A DNA stretch of 41,596 nt from Eubacteriales bacterium (lineage in GTDB: Bacteria > Bacillota > Clostridia > Oscillospirales > CAG-272). The stretch is from NCBI GenBank assembly GCA_045656325.1, contig JAZOQX010000080.1, positions 1 through 41,596 of the forward strand, read 5' to 3'. Made by a program: the position numbers and the translations under genes. The notes beneath the pieces are model-generated. The model was not told where the DNA came from, did not search any database, and was given only the letters and a program-made list of their open reading frames with translations. The first letter of the stretch is position 1. Each line of letters opens with the position of its first letter. This document shows positions 17,635 to 27,046 of this stretch, piece by piece.

Positions 17635-18330
17635 ATGAAGGAACAAATTACGGGAATCGAATCGAATTACGGAGACGCGTCCATCCGAATCTTTCATTTC
17701 TCCATACACCCCCTGCCCGGGGTGTTGAGAAAGCCCCATACCCACCAATATTACGAGATCCTGTTCTGTACCGAAAAATCTCTTTTCTATCGGGTGGAGG
17801 ACAAGGATATTCTTCTTCAAAAAAATCAATTTATCATCATTCCTCCCAATATTCCTCATATACGCGTGTCCGAGTCGGGTGAAAAATTCCCGATTGAGGG
17901 GATCTCCTTTTCGCTTACCGAGCAAAAGGGAAAAACGGGATTTTACCGCGCCTTTGAGGAGGCGTTGCGGCAGCGCGCCCTTTCTCCCATTCCCCTTCCC
18001 TCCGAGCTGCTTACCCGTTTTCGAGCCGTCAACCGCGCCGATTGGAGCGGATCCTTGCAGAGCTACTGTCAGCTCAAGTCCCTGACCTCCGCATTTATTT
18101 TAGAGCTATTCGGCGTGCTGGATGCCTTTTCCTGTGAGGAACACGCCACGGGATTGGACCGAGATCGGGAGGATATCCTTGTGCTCCTCGATAATCTTTT
18201 GAATAACCGAGCTCTTTCTCTTCAAGAGCTTGCGAAGCGGATCAACTATTCCGAGCGGCACACCGCGCGTCTGATCCGCAAGCATTATCATATGTCCCTC
18301 TCCGAGCTGAGAAAAAGGCAACGAGAATAA
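17635..18330 (+). CDS. Cupin/AraC-like regulator with only the first HTH
   Basis: PHTHQYYEI cupin motif; LQELAKRINYSERHTARLIRK, then stop; RBS GGAGGAGG. Confidence 0.75.
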   Translation: MKEQITGIESNYGDASIRIFHFSIHPLPGVLRKPHTHQYYEILFCTEKSLFYRVEDKDILLQKNQFIIIPPNIPHIRVSESGEKFPIEGISFSLTEQKGKTGFYRAFEEALRQRALSPIPLPSELLTRFRAVNRADWSGSLQSYCQLKSLTSAFILELFGVLDAFSCEEHATGLDRDREDILVLLDNLLNNRALSLQELAKRINYSERHTARLIRKHYHMSLSELRKRQRE

Positions 18331-18341
18331 TCCAAAAGAAA

Positions 18342-18371
18342 AAAAACAGCCGAGAAATCTCGGCTGTTTTT
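18342..18371. terminator. Bidirectional terminator
   Basis: AAAAACAGCCGAGA-AA-TCTCGGCTGTTTTT. Confidence 0.8.
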
Positions 18372-18384
18372 CGTTTATGCCCTC

Positions 18385-19014
18385 TTATTTCTGAGGGTCT
18401 AAGAATTTCCAATAGGCTTTGATGTAGTTGATTCCCGACCAAAGGGTCATCACTACGCTGAACGCAAGAGTGATCCACGTGAGGGGAACGATATCGATCC
18501 GCGTCCAGCCAAGGTCCGCGCCGCAAAGGGACAGGATCTCCAAAAAGATCTTCTGTACCACGGGCTCCAAAAATACGGTGCTGATGGCAACGATCTGGGA
18601 AACGGTCTTGATCTTTCCGAGCTTGTTTGCGGCAACCACGATTCCCTGCCCCGTGGATACCACCAACCGCATCGAGGTCACAGCCAGCTCGCGGAACACC
18701 ACCACGATCAGCACGAAAATCATGATCGTACGCAGATGCGCGAACTTATAAAGGATCACGAAAAGCGCGCCGATTACCATGAACTTATCGGCAACGGGAT
18801 CCATAAACTTACCGAAATCGGTAATCAGATTATCCCGTCTGGCGATCTTTCCGTCCAGCATATCGGTGATCGCCGTCACGATAAACAGAACGGCGCACAC
18901 CACGCAGGAAATGTAAAAGGGAATCACACGCTCGGGAAGCATTCCCACCAAAAGCAAAACGGGAACCAGACAAAGTCTAAGTACGGTCAATCGATTGGGT
19001 ACATTCATTTTCAT
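18385..19014 (-). CDS. pgsA: CDP-diacylglycerol--glycerol-3-phosphate 3-phosphatidyltransferase
   Basis: PNRLTVLR; TDMLDGKIARR..ITDFGKFMDPVADK CDP-alcohol phosphotransferase motif; GKIKT; follows rimO. Confidence 0.93.
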   Translation of the reverse strand: MKMNVPNRLTVLRLCLVPVLLLVGMLPERVIPFYISCVVCAVLFIVTAITDMLDGKIARRDNLITDFGKFMDPVADKFMVIGALFVILYKFAHLRTIMIFVLIVVVFRELAVTSMRLVVSTGQGIVVAANKLGKIKTVSQIVAISTVFLEPVVQKIFLEILSLCGADLGWTRIDIVPLTWITLAFSVVMTLWSGINYIKAYWKFLDPQK

Positions 19015-19028
19015 TGTACGAACCCTCC

Positions 19029-20381
19029 TCAAATTTCTTCGTTGATGATGGCTCTTCCCATCAGGTCGTAATCGAGAACCTCTCGGATCTTGACCTTCAC
19101 GAAGGAGCCAGGGGCAATCCGAGCCCCGCTCTTGAAATATACTTTTCCGTCAATCTCGGGGGCATCGGCGGCGCTTCTGCCGAAATGCACCTCGCTGACG
19201 GGATCAAAGTCCTCGCAAAGCACGGTCATCACCGTTCCCACTTTAGAGGCGTTATACGCGGCATTGATCTCCAGCTGATCCCGCATCAAAAGATCCATGC
19301 GGTCCAGTTTTACCTGCTCGTCGATCTGATCGGGAAGATCATACGCTGCCGTATCCTCCTCGCGGGAATAGGGGAACACGCCCACGTGTTCGAATTTACT
19401 CGTATGCACGAAATCGCAAAGCTCCTCGAAATCCTTCTCGGTCTCCCCCGGGAAGCCCACGATGAAGGTGGTTCGGATCACGATATCGGGGATCTCTCGG
19501 CGTAGGGTATCCACCACGCCTCGGATCATGGCGCCGTCTCCGTGTCGGTTCATCGCCCGAAGCACGGGGTCGCTGATATGCTGCATAGGCAAATCGACGT
19601 ACTTAAGAACTCTCGGATTATCCCGAATCTCTGCCACCAGCTCGTCGGTGATCTTATCGGGATAACAGTAGAGCAGACGGATCCACGGGATCTCGGTCGC
19701 CTCGGTGATCCTTTTTAGAAGCTCCGCCAGCTTGTATTCGCCATACAGATCCAATCCGTATCGGGTGGTGTCCTGCGCCACGATATTCAGCTCCCGAACG
19801 CCAAGCGCCTCCAACTCCTTTGCCTCCGCCACCAGATCCTCCATCGGACGCGAGCGGAATCTTCCCCGAATCGAGGGGATGGCGCAATAGGCGCAACGAT
19901 TATCGCACCCCTCGGCAATCTTCAGGTACGCCGTATACTCGGGAGTAGTGAGGATTCGGTCTCCGCCAAGGCGAACCGTTTCCTTATCCTCAAAGGAGGT
20001 GTATTTTCTTTTTGAACCCTTCTTTTTCTTGACGGTGACCGCCTCGATCGCCTCCACGATATTGTGAATGCTTCCCACACCCAACACCGCGTCGACCTCG
20101 GGCATCTCCTCCAGAATACTCTCGCGGTATCGCTCCGCCAGACACCCCGTGACGATGATCGCTCTCAAGGAGTGATTTTTCTTTAACCAAGCCACGTCCA
20201 GTATATTATCGATCGACTCCTGCTTGGCGCTTTCAATAAAGCCGCAGGTATTGACGATCACTACGTCTGCCTCGGTCTCCTCGGGGGTGATCTCATAACC
20301 CGCCGAAGCCACCTCGTGCAGCATCACCTCGGTATCCAGCTGATTTTTCGGACAGCCGAGGGAAATAAATCCAACCTTCAC
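19029..20381 (-). CDS. rimO: Ribosomal protein S12 methylthiotransferase
   Basis: SLGCPKN, NTCGFI, radical-SAM CDNRCAYC, IVGFPGETE, TRAM domain APEIDG. Confidence 0.96.
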   Translation of the reverse strand: MKVGFISLGCPKNQLDTEVMLHEVASAGYEITPEETEADVVIVNTCGFIESAKQESIDNILDVAWLKKNHSLRAIIVTGCLAERYRESILEEMPEVDAVLGVGSIHNIVEAIEAVTVKKKKGSKRKYTSFEDKETVRLGGDRILTTPEYTAYLKIAEGCDNRCAYCAIPSIRGRFRSRPMEDLVAEAKELEALGVRELNIVAQDTTRYGLDLYGEYKLAELLKRITEATEIPWIRLLYCYPDKITDELVAEIRDNPRVLKYVDLPMQHISDPVLRAMNRHGDGAMIRGVVDTLRREIPDIVIRTTFIVGFPGETEKDFEELCDFVHTSKFEHVGVFPYSREEDTAAYDLPDQIDEQVKLDRMDLLMRDQLEINAAYNASKVGTVMTVLCEDFDPVSEVHFGRSAADAPEIDGKVYFKSGARIAPGSFVKVKIREVLDYDLMGRAIINEEI

Positions 20382-20435
20382 AAAATTACCTATCCTTTCT
20401 CCTCCCTCCTGATTCGGAAGAAAGAGGTCTCTTTT

Positions 20436-20464
20436 ATTATATCACAGAATGATCGATCTGTCAA
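20436..20464 (-). promoter_or_regulatory. Consensus sigma-A promoter for rimO-pgsA
   Basis: TTGACA-17-TATAAT with TG; the -35 overlaps the upstream HAD stop codon. Confidence 0.8.
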
Positions 20465-21159
20465 CCGATCGACAAAAAGAGTTCGGCAATCTCCGAGGGA
20501 CGCTCCAAAAGAACCTGCGCGCCCGTTTCCACCAAAAGAGCCGCGTCGCGATAGCCCCAAGCGCAGCCCACCGCCAGCATACCCGCATTCAAAGCGGTCT
20601 TTACGTCCACCTCGCTGTCACCGAGGAACGCCGTCTGCGAGGGAGCAAAGCCAAGCCTCGCGGCAATTTCCAAGGGTACGGTGGGATCAGGCTTCTTCGG
20701 CTTTTCGGTCTGTCCCTCCGCGTAGGAGATCAATCCCTCGGGGAAAAGCGCTCGCACAAGTCCCTTAACATATACGTCCTGCTTGTTGGAGAGGACCGCC
20801 AAGGTATATCCCTTCGCCTTCAGCGCCGTCAGGGATTCCATAATCCCCTCATAGCAGGTATCGCAATGGAGATAGGTCTCTCCGTAACATTCATGATAAT
20901 CGGCAAACACACGGTCCACCAGCGCCCCGTCCGCTGCCGCCTCGGCAGGCATAGAACGTCGGATCAGCTCGCGTGCGCCGTTTCCGATGGCGCACCGAAT
21001 GTCCTCATAGCTCCGTTCGGGATAGCCGTATCGATTCATCGCAAGATTGACTCCGTCGCGGATCGAGCCGATGGTATCGGCAAGGGTTCCGTCCAGATCC
21101 AAAATCAAGAGTCGGATCTCTCGGATCCCAAGAGTTTTATTGATCTTCCTCATACTCAT
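20461..21159 (-). CDS. HAD-family hydrolase (phosphoglycolate phosphatase-like)
   Basis: DLDGTLADT, LSNK, KPDP, GDSEVD motifs. Confidence 0.9.
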   Translation of the reverse strand: MSMRKINKTLGIREIRLLILDLDGTLADTIGSIRDGVNLAMNRYGYPERSYEDIRCAIGNGARELIRRSMPAEAAADGALVDRVFADYHECYGETYLHCDTCYEGIMESLTALKAKGYTLAVLSNKQDVYVKGLVRALFPEGLISYAEGQTEKPKKPDPTVPLEIAARLGFAPSQTAFLGDSEVDVKTALNAGMLAVGCAWGYRDAALLVETGAQVLLERPSEIAELFLSIG

Positions 21160-21182
21160 ACTCCTTTTTTACATACGTAGTT

Positions 21183-21211
21183 ATTTTACCACAAAATCAC
21201 CGTTCTGTCAA
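21183..21211 (-). promoter_or_regulatory. Sigma-A promoter of the HAD gene
   Basis: TTGACA-17-TAAAAT with TG. Confidence 0.7.
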
Positions 21212-21373
21212 CGAAACGCGCAAGGTTCTCCCCTCTTTTTTACGAATTGCACAACAACTTTTTTCAAAAAAATTAAAAAATCGTCGTTTCTCCTCTTTAT
21301 TCTTTCCGAAAAATGTGATATAATAGTAAATTGCTAAACTTTCAAATTTTCAGAACGTAAGGAGAACATCGCT

Positions 21374-23212
21374 GTGACCAGAACCGATTTGAGAAATATT
21401 GCCATTATCGCCCACGTTGACCATGGAAAAACCACCCTTGTGGATGAGATGCTCAAGCAGGGCGGTATCTACCGTGATAATCAGGAAACCGTAACCCGTG
21501 TGATGGACTCGGGAGATTTGGAGCGTGAGCGCGGCATCACCATTCTGGCAAAAAACACCGCCGTTCATTATAAGGACGTAAAGATCAATATCGTGGACAC
21601 CCCCGGTCACGCCGACTTCGGCGGCGAGGTGGAGCGTATCCTCAAGATGGTCAACGGCGTTTTGCTTCTGGTGGACGCGGCAGAGGGTCCCATGCCCCAG
21701 ACCCGCTTCGTTTTGCAGCGCGCGCTGGAGCTGAACCACCGCGTGATCGTGGTCATCAATAAGATCGACAAGCCCGACGCTCGCATCGGCGAGGTAGAGG
21801 ATGAGATTCTTGAGCTTCTCATCGACCTGAACGCGTCGGACGAGCAGCTGGACAGCCCCATGATCTATTGCTCGGGCAGAGCTGGAACCGCTACCGAGGA
21901 TCCCGAGGTGGCAGGCACCGATCTGACTCCCCTTTTTGATAAAATTCTGGATTATATGCCCGCTCCCAAGGGCGCGGAGGACGATGAGCTTCAGCTTCTC
22001 GTTTCCTCCATCGATTACAGCGAATACGTAGGACGTATCGGAATCGGAAGAATTGAGCGCGGTTCCATTGCCGTGGGACAGGAAGCAAGCATCTGCAACT
22101 TCCACTCGGGTGCCGCTCCCAAGCGTACCAAGATCATCTCGCTCTTCCAGATCGACGGCCTTGCCCGCGTTCCCGTTGAAACCGCCCGCGTGGGCGATAT
22201 CGTCTGCTTTGCGGGAGCGGAAAGCATTACCATCGGCGACACCATCACCTCGGTGGCTTGTCCCGAGCCTCTGCAATTCGTCAAGGTCAGCGAGCCTACC
22301 CTTGAAATGACCTTCTCGGTCAACGACAGCCCCTTTGCGGGCAAGGAGGGAAAATTCGTTACCTCCCGCCAGCTTCGCGACCGTCTTTACCGTGAGCTTT
22401 TGAAGGACGTTTCCCTCCGCGTGGAGGACGGCGAGACTACCGAAGAATTTAAGGTGGCGGGCCGTGGAGAAATGCACCTGTCTATTCTCATTGAAACCAT
22501 GCGCCGCGAGGGCTATGAAATGACCTGCTCCAATCCCCGCGTGCTGTTTAAGGAGATTGACGGCGTAAAATGCGAGCCTATGGAGCGTGTCACGTTGGAC
22601 GTTCCCTCGGAATACGTGGGAGCCGTGGTGGAAAAGCTGGGGCAGCGCAAGGGCGATCTTCTGGAAATGAATCCCGTAGGCAACCGCATGAGAATTGAAT
22701 ATTCGATTCCCTCCCGCTGTCTTTTTGGTTACCGCTCCGAGTTTCTGACCGCTACCCGAGGCGAGGGTATCATGAACACCCTCTTTGACGGCTATCAGCC
22801 CTACCGCGGAGAGGTCATCATGCGCTTCACGGGCTCTCTCGTAGCCTCCGAAACAGGTGAAACCACCCGTTACGGTCTATACAACACCCAAGAGCGCGGC
22901 AATCTCTTCGTCGGTCCCCAAACCCCCGTTTACGAGGGAATGATTGTGGGTGAAAACCCCAAGAATGACGATATTGCCGTCAACCCCTGCAAAAAGAAGC
23001 AGCTGACCGCCATTCGCTCCGCAGGCGCGGATGAGAAGCTGCTCCTGACTCCTCCCGTAATCTTTAGTCTGGAGGAAGCCATCGAGTTCATTACCGACGA
23101 CGAGCTGATTGAGGTCACTCCCAAGTCCATTCGTCTGCGAAAAAAGATCCTCAATACCGAGCTTCGTATGAAGGCCATGATGAAGGCTCGCCGTGAAGCC
23201 GCGGCAAAGTAG
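21374..23212 (+). CDS. typA: Translational GTPase TypA/BipA
   Basis: RNIAIIAHVDHGKTT, ERERGITILAK, DTPGHADFGGEVER, NKID, VTSR, IEVTPKSIRLRK. Confidence 0.97.
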   Translation: MTRTDLRNIAIIAHVDHGKTTLVDEMLKQGGIYRDNQETVTRVMDSGDLERERGITILAKNTAVHYKDVKINIVDTPGHADFGGEVERILKMVNGVLLLVDAAEGPMPQTRFVLQRALELNHRVIVVINKIDKPDARIGEVEDEILELLIDLNASDEQLDSPMIYCSGRAGTATEDPEVAGTDLTPLFDKILDYMPAPKGAEDDELQLLVSSIDYSEYVGRIGIGRIERGSIAVGQEASICNFHSGAAPKRTKIISLFQIDGLARVPVETARVGDIVCFAGAESITIGDTITSVACPEPLQFVKVSEPTLEMTFSVNDSPFAGKEGKFVTSRQLRDRLYRELLKDVSLRVEDGETTEEFKVAGRGEMHLSILIETMRREGYEMTCSNPRVLFKEIDGVKCEPMERVTLDVPSEYVGAVVEKLGQRKGDLLEMNPVGNRMRIEYSIPSRCLFGYRSEFLTATRGEGIMNTLFDGYQPYRGEVIMRFTGSLVASETGETTRYGLYNTQERGNLFVGPQTPVYEGMIVGENPKNDDIAVNPCKKKQLTAIRSAGADEKLLLTPPVIFSLEEAIEFITDDELIEVTPKSIRLRKKILNTELRMKAMMKARREAAAK

Positions 23213-23218
23213 TAGTTC

Positions 23219-23646
23219 GTTGGGAAGAGGATTTATGCCTGCTTTTCTCCTTCGCTACGGGGCACGAGCCTCCGGTTCGTGCGAAAAAGCTCCGCAAAAC
23301 TTTTATACAAAATTGGTTTAAGAAACACACCTGTCTATTCTTTATTTAACGAATAAGATATTGTTTTTTCTCTAAGGTAGAGATTCTCGGCGCCTTTAGC
23401 GCCGCCGAGAATCTCTTTTTATTTAATTTTTAAAAATTTAAAATCCGCGGTGGCGCAGCAGCCGTCCGCGGATTTTTTCCTTAGAGAGAAAGCATAAAAT
23501 TTGAACCAACACAGAGAATAGGAAAGTGTGTAATGCTACACATAATTTGTAATAAAGTTTTTGCGGAGCAGCATGAACTGCAAGTTCATGCCCCGGAGCG
23601 AAGCGGAGGTGGTTTTCTAAAAAGCGACATAAAATCCCTTCCCAAC
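23219..23646. repeat. Large imperfect inverted repeat of two diverged ~200-nt hairpin-rich units
   Basis: Arm matches GTTGGGAAG/CTTCCCAAC, CTTCGCT.CGGGGCA, GCTCCGCAAAA/TTTTGCGGAGC, ACACAC....CTATTCT, CTCTAAGG/CCTTAGAG; two central hairpins. Confidence 0.8.
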
Positions 23647-23718
23647 TAATCACCTTTTTCAAAAGCGACAAATCGCATCCCCTAATCCTATTCCCAACTA
23701 ACCCAAAACCCACACCAA

Positions 23719-24198
23719 CTATTTCTTCTCAAATCCATGAATAAAGCCCTTCACGTCAGCGGAGCAGATATCCCCGCCGATGACGCGGTTGCGGTAGACC
23801 AAGAGATTGGCGTAGACCACGCCCTCAGCACCCTCGTAGTTGGTAATCTCGTATGTATAACGCATCACCTTTTTCTTTTTATAATCGGACAGATCCAACC
23901 CCTGCCGCTTTTGGATCTCGTTATAGCCCGTAAAGATCTTGTCAAACTCCGAGGGGATGGTTACCTCTCGGCTATCCACCGCCTCGGGCTTCACCTCCCA
24001 GCCAAACTGACCGAGAAATTCGATGCGATCCTCGTCGGTCTTAACCCCCGAATATTCGATTTTCGGCTCGCCCGAAACCGATTGACTGTCCGCCCCCAGC
24101 GTGGGGACAAATGCGATCAGCGTAATCAACGCAACCAAAGCGACGCAGGAGACCCCCAAAAACTTCAAGGTACTCGCCCGCAAGGAATAGATAAACAT
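23719..24198 (-). CDS. DUF4830-like membrane-anchored protein
   Basis: N-terminal TM; RIEFLGQFGWEV, YNEIQKRQGLDLSDY, RYTYEITNY, VIGGDI. Confidence 0.7.
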   Translation of the reverse strand: MFIYSLRASTLKFLGVSCVALVALITLIAFVPTLGADSQSVSGEPKIEYSGVKTDEDRIEFLGQFGWEVKPEAVDSREVTIPSEFDKIFTGYNEIQKRQGLDLSDYKKKKVMRYTYEITNYEGAEGVVYANLLVYRNRVIGGDICSADVKGFIHGFEKK

Positions 24199-24233
24199 AG
24201 AGAAACCTCCCGATCCGAAATAGAATTCTGATT

Positions 24234-24263
24234 CATTCTATTCGTTCGGGAGGAATTTTATAC
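24234..24263 (-). promoter_or_regulatory. Possible forespore (SigF/SigG-type) promoter
   Basis: GTATA-15-GAATAGAATG versus the SigF consensus GYWTA-15-GGnnAnAnTw. Confidence 0.4.
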
Positions 24264-25400
24264 CTATATCGTCCTGCGCCCCACGGATCGGAAATGCTTT
24301 TTTCTCTCCTTGGCACAGACACTGTGCGCCAATCCCATCAAGGCATAGAGTGCCAGCACGGATGAGCCGCCCGCGCTCATAAAGGGCAAGGTAATACCCA
24401 CCACGGGGACAAGTCCCAAACACATCCAAAGATTTTCCGCCGTTTGAATAATGATCACGGCGGCGATACCGCTGCAAATCAAGCGACCGACCGTATCCTG
24501 ACAATGAAATCCGATCCAAAGAAGTCGAACTGCCATGACCACCAACGCCGCCACCACCAAGAATCCGCCTACGAATCCAAACTTTTCGCAGACCGTTGAG
24601 AAAATAAAGTCGGTGTGAGAGGCGGGCAGCTCCTCGTACCTTCCCTTTCCAAACAATCCGATACCGAAAAGCCCTCCGCCCGCAATGGTCTCCCGACTCA
24701 AAAGAGGCTGAAGTCCCACGTCCTTGGGGTCAAGCTCGGGACGGAAGCCGTAGAGGATCCGCGCCTGCTGATAGGGCTGAAGCAGATCCCACAACAGAGG
24801 AAAGGACAGAACCAATAGCGCGGCGATGCCAAGGAAATACCAGACCGAAAGCCCGCTGCAAAAGAGCATCACGCTGATGATTCCCAAGTAGACAAGGGCA
24901 ACACCCAAGTCGCCCGATAAAAGAATCAATCCGACGATCAGTCCCGCGTGAGCGAGAAGCCCCAACACCACCGTGGGACGGTTGATGCGATCCTTGACCA
25001 GATCAATATGCTTGGAGAAGGTACAGAGAAAGGTGATCTTTACAAATTCCGAGGGCTGAATCGAAATTCCCACCACGGGAATACGGAGCCAACTTTTATT
25101 GGCGGTCTCCATATTCGCTCCGCTATTACCGAGCAACAACGTAACGGCAAGGAGAAGCACCGACGCGATCAGGAAGAAGATCCACATACGATCCACGAAG
25201 AAGCGGTAATCCATATTGGCGATAACGAAAAGAATAACAACGCCCGCCAGCGTCATGGCGCTTTGCATAATGAGCTTGCTTTTTCCAAAGTTTTCCATTC
25301 CGCCAAAAATCGTCAGAATACTCATAAGCGACAGCACCGCCATGGCGCAAAACAGAATGGGATCCACACAACGGATCCAACCGAGGATTCCCTTTTTCAC
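24264..25400 (-). CDS. FtsW/RodA/SpoVE (SEDS) peptidoglycan polymerase
   Basis: SWL, IQPSEFVK, DLG, GGLFGIG, LPASHTDFIFS..CEKFG, GITLPFMSAGGSS; GTG start after GGAGG at 25400. Confidence 0.93.
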   Translation of the reverse strand: MKKGILGWIRCVDPILFCAMAVLSLMSILTIFGGMENFGKSKLIMQSAMTLAGVVILFVIANMDYRFFVDRMWIFFLIASVLLLAVTLLLGNSGANMETANKSWLRIPVVGISIQPSEFVKITFLCTFSKHIDLVKDRINRPTVVLGLLAHAGLIVGLILLSGDLGVALVYLGIISVMLFCSGLSVWYFLGIAALLVLSFPLLWDLLQPYQQARILYGFRPELDPKDVGLQPLLSRETIAGGGLFGIGLFGKGRYEELPASHTDFIFSTVCEKFGFVGGFLVVAALVVMAVRLLWIGFHCQDTVGRLICSGIAAVIIIQTAENLWMCLGLVPVVGITLPFMSAGGSSVLALYALMGLAHSVCAKERKKHFRSVGRRTI

Positions 25401-25432
25401 GACCTCTCCTCCCTTCTCTGAAAATTTTATCC

Positions 25433-25463
25433 AAAAAACGGCGAAGCGCGCTTCGCCGTTTTT
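25433..25463 (-). terminator. proS terminator
   Basis: AAAAACGGCGAAGC-GC-GCTTCGCCGTTTTT. Confidence 0.8.
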
Positions 25464-25472
25464 CATCCTGTC

Positions 25473-26912
25473 TTAATACTGTCTGCCGAAGACCACCATC
25501 TTCTTGGCGGGCTTTCCGCAGCAAACACAAACGTCCGCGATCTGCTCCTCCTCAAAGGGAATGCAGCGGGATTTCACACCGCCCGTCTCGTCCTTGAGCT
25601 GATCCTCGCAGGCAGAATCACCGCACCACATTGCCTTAATGAAGCCGGGACGGTTCTCCGCAATGTCGAGAAATTCCTCGTGGGTTCTTGCCACGTGGGT
25701 CTTCTCCTCCAGATTCTTAAGGGCGCGCTCATACAATTCCTCGTGAACGGCTGCCAATGCCTTCTCCACCTCTTGCGCGAGGTTGTCCAAAGACACGAAG
25801 GTCTTCTGACGGCTTACGCGGCTGACCAGCACGCAGGAATTGTTTTCGATGTCGCGGGGACCGATCTCCAAACGGAGCGGAACACCCTTCATCTCATACT
25901 GGCTGAACTTCCAGCCCGTGGAGTTGTCGCTGTCGTCCAGCTTTACGCGGAATTTCTCCGAAAGAAGCGCCTTCAGCTCATTCGCCTTTTCAAGAACTCC
26001 CTCCTTGTGCTGCGCCACGGGAATGATCGCCACCTGAATGGGGGCTACCTTGGGAGGCAGGATCAGACCGTTGTCGTCGCCGTGCGTCATAATGATGGCG
26101 CCGATCATACGGGTAGATACACCCCAAGAGGTCTGGTGAGGATAGCACACCTTATTGTCTCTGTCGGTGTAGGTGATATCAAAGGCGCGGCAGAAGCCGT
26201 CACCGAAATAGTGAGAGGTACCGCCCTGAAGCGCCACACCGTTGTGCATCATCGGCTCAATGGTGTAGGTCTCCATCGCGCCCGCGAATTTCTCCTTCTC
26301 GGTCTTCTGACCCGTCACCGCGGGGATTGCCAGCGTCTCGCGGTAGAAGTCCTCGTAGCACTTAAGCATCCGCAGAGTCTCTTCTCTTGCCCCTGCCTCG
26401 TCCTCGTGCATGGTATGTCCCTCCTGCCAGAGGAACTCGGAGGTGCGGAGGAAGGGACGGGTGGTCTTCTCCCAACGAACCACGTTACACCACTGGTTGT
26501 AAAGCTTGGGCAGGTCGCGGTAGGAGTGAATGATATTCTTATAGTGATCGCAGAACAGAGTCTCGGAGGTAGGACGAACCACCAGTCTCTCGGAGAGCTT
26601 GTTCTGTCCGCCGATGGTCACGATGGCACATTCGGGAGCGAAGCCCGCCACGTGATCCTTTTCCTTCTGCAAAAGGCTCTCGGGAATGAACATAGGCATA
26701 TAGACGTTCTCGTGACCGAGTCTCTTAAAGCGAGCGTCCAGATCGTGCTGGATATTTTCCCAGATCGCGTAGCCGTAGGGGCGAATGATCATACATCCCT
26801 TCACACCCGAATAATCCACCAGCTCCGCTTTCTTGACCACGTCGGTGTACCATTGCGCGAAATCCACGTCCATGGACGTGATCTGCTCTACCATCTTCTT
26901 ATCGTTTGCCAT
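25473..26912 (-). CDS. proS: Proline--tRNA ligase (archaeal/eukaryote-like type)
   Basis: [45 protein letters not shown]-terminal Zn-binding region ending GRQY. Confidence 0.97.
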   Translation of the reverse strand: MANDKKMVEQITSMDVDFAQWYTDVVKKAELVDYSGVKGCMIIRPYGYAIWENIQHDLDARFKRLGHENVYMPMFIPESLLQKEKDHVAGFAPECAIVTIGGQNKLSERLVVRPTSETLFCDHYKNIIHSYRDLPKLYNQWCNVVRWEKTTRPFLRTSEFLWQEGHTMHEDEAGAREETLRMLKCYEDFYRETLAIPAVTGQKTEKEKFAGAMETYTIEPMMHNGVALQGGTSHYFGDGFCRAFDITYTDRDNKVCYPHQTSWGVSTRMIGAIIMTHGDDNGLILPPKVAPIQVAIIPVAQHKEGVLEKANELKALLSEKFRVKLDDSDNSTGWKFSQYEMKGVPLRLEIGPRDIENNSCVLVSRVSRQKTFVSLDNLAQEVEKALAAVHEELYERALKNLEEKTHVARTHEEFLDIAENRPGFIKAMWCGDSACEDQLKDETGGVKSRCIPFEEEQIADVCVCCGKPAKKMVVFGRQY

Positions 26913-26954
26913 AACAGTTTCCTTTCAAGCAGTAAAATCAATCGAATCTATATT

Positions 26955-26983
26955 ATTATAAAGCATCTTGCGAAAAATGTCAA
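26955..26983 (-). promoter_or_regulatory. Consensus sigma-A promoter for proS
   Basis: TTGACA-17-TATAAT. Confidence 0.8.
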
Positions 26984-27046
26984 GACGGAGGACTCATAAT
27001 TTTCCCGAAAGGGGGAAAAATTATAGAAAAAAAACGAGGAAATCGT

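Noticed and set aside
23620-23721. Repeated CCAACTA / AAAAGCGAC units as a possible mini-CRISPR
   Set aside because: Repeats are short, degenerate and irregularly spaced, with no cas genes; better explained as partial copies of the palindromic element's end.
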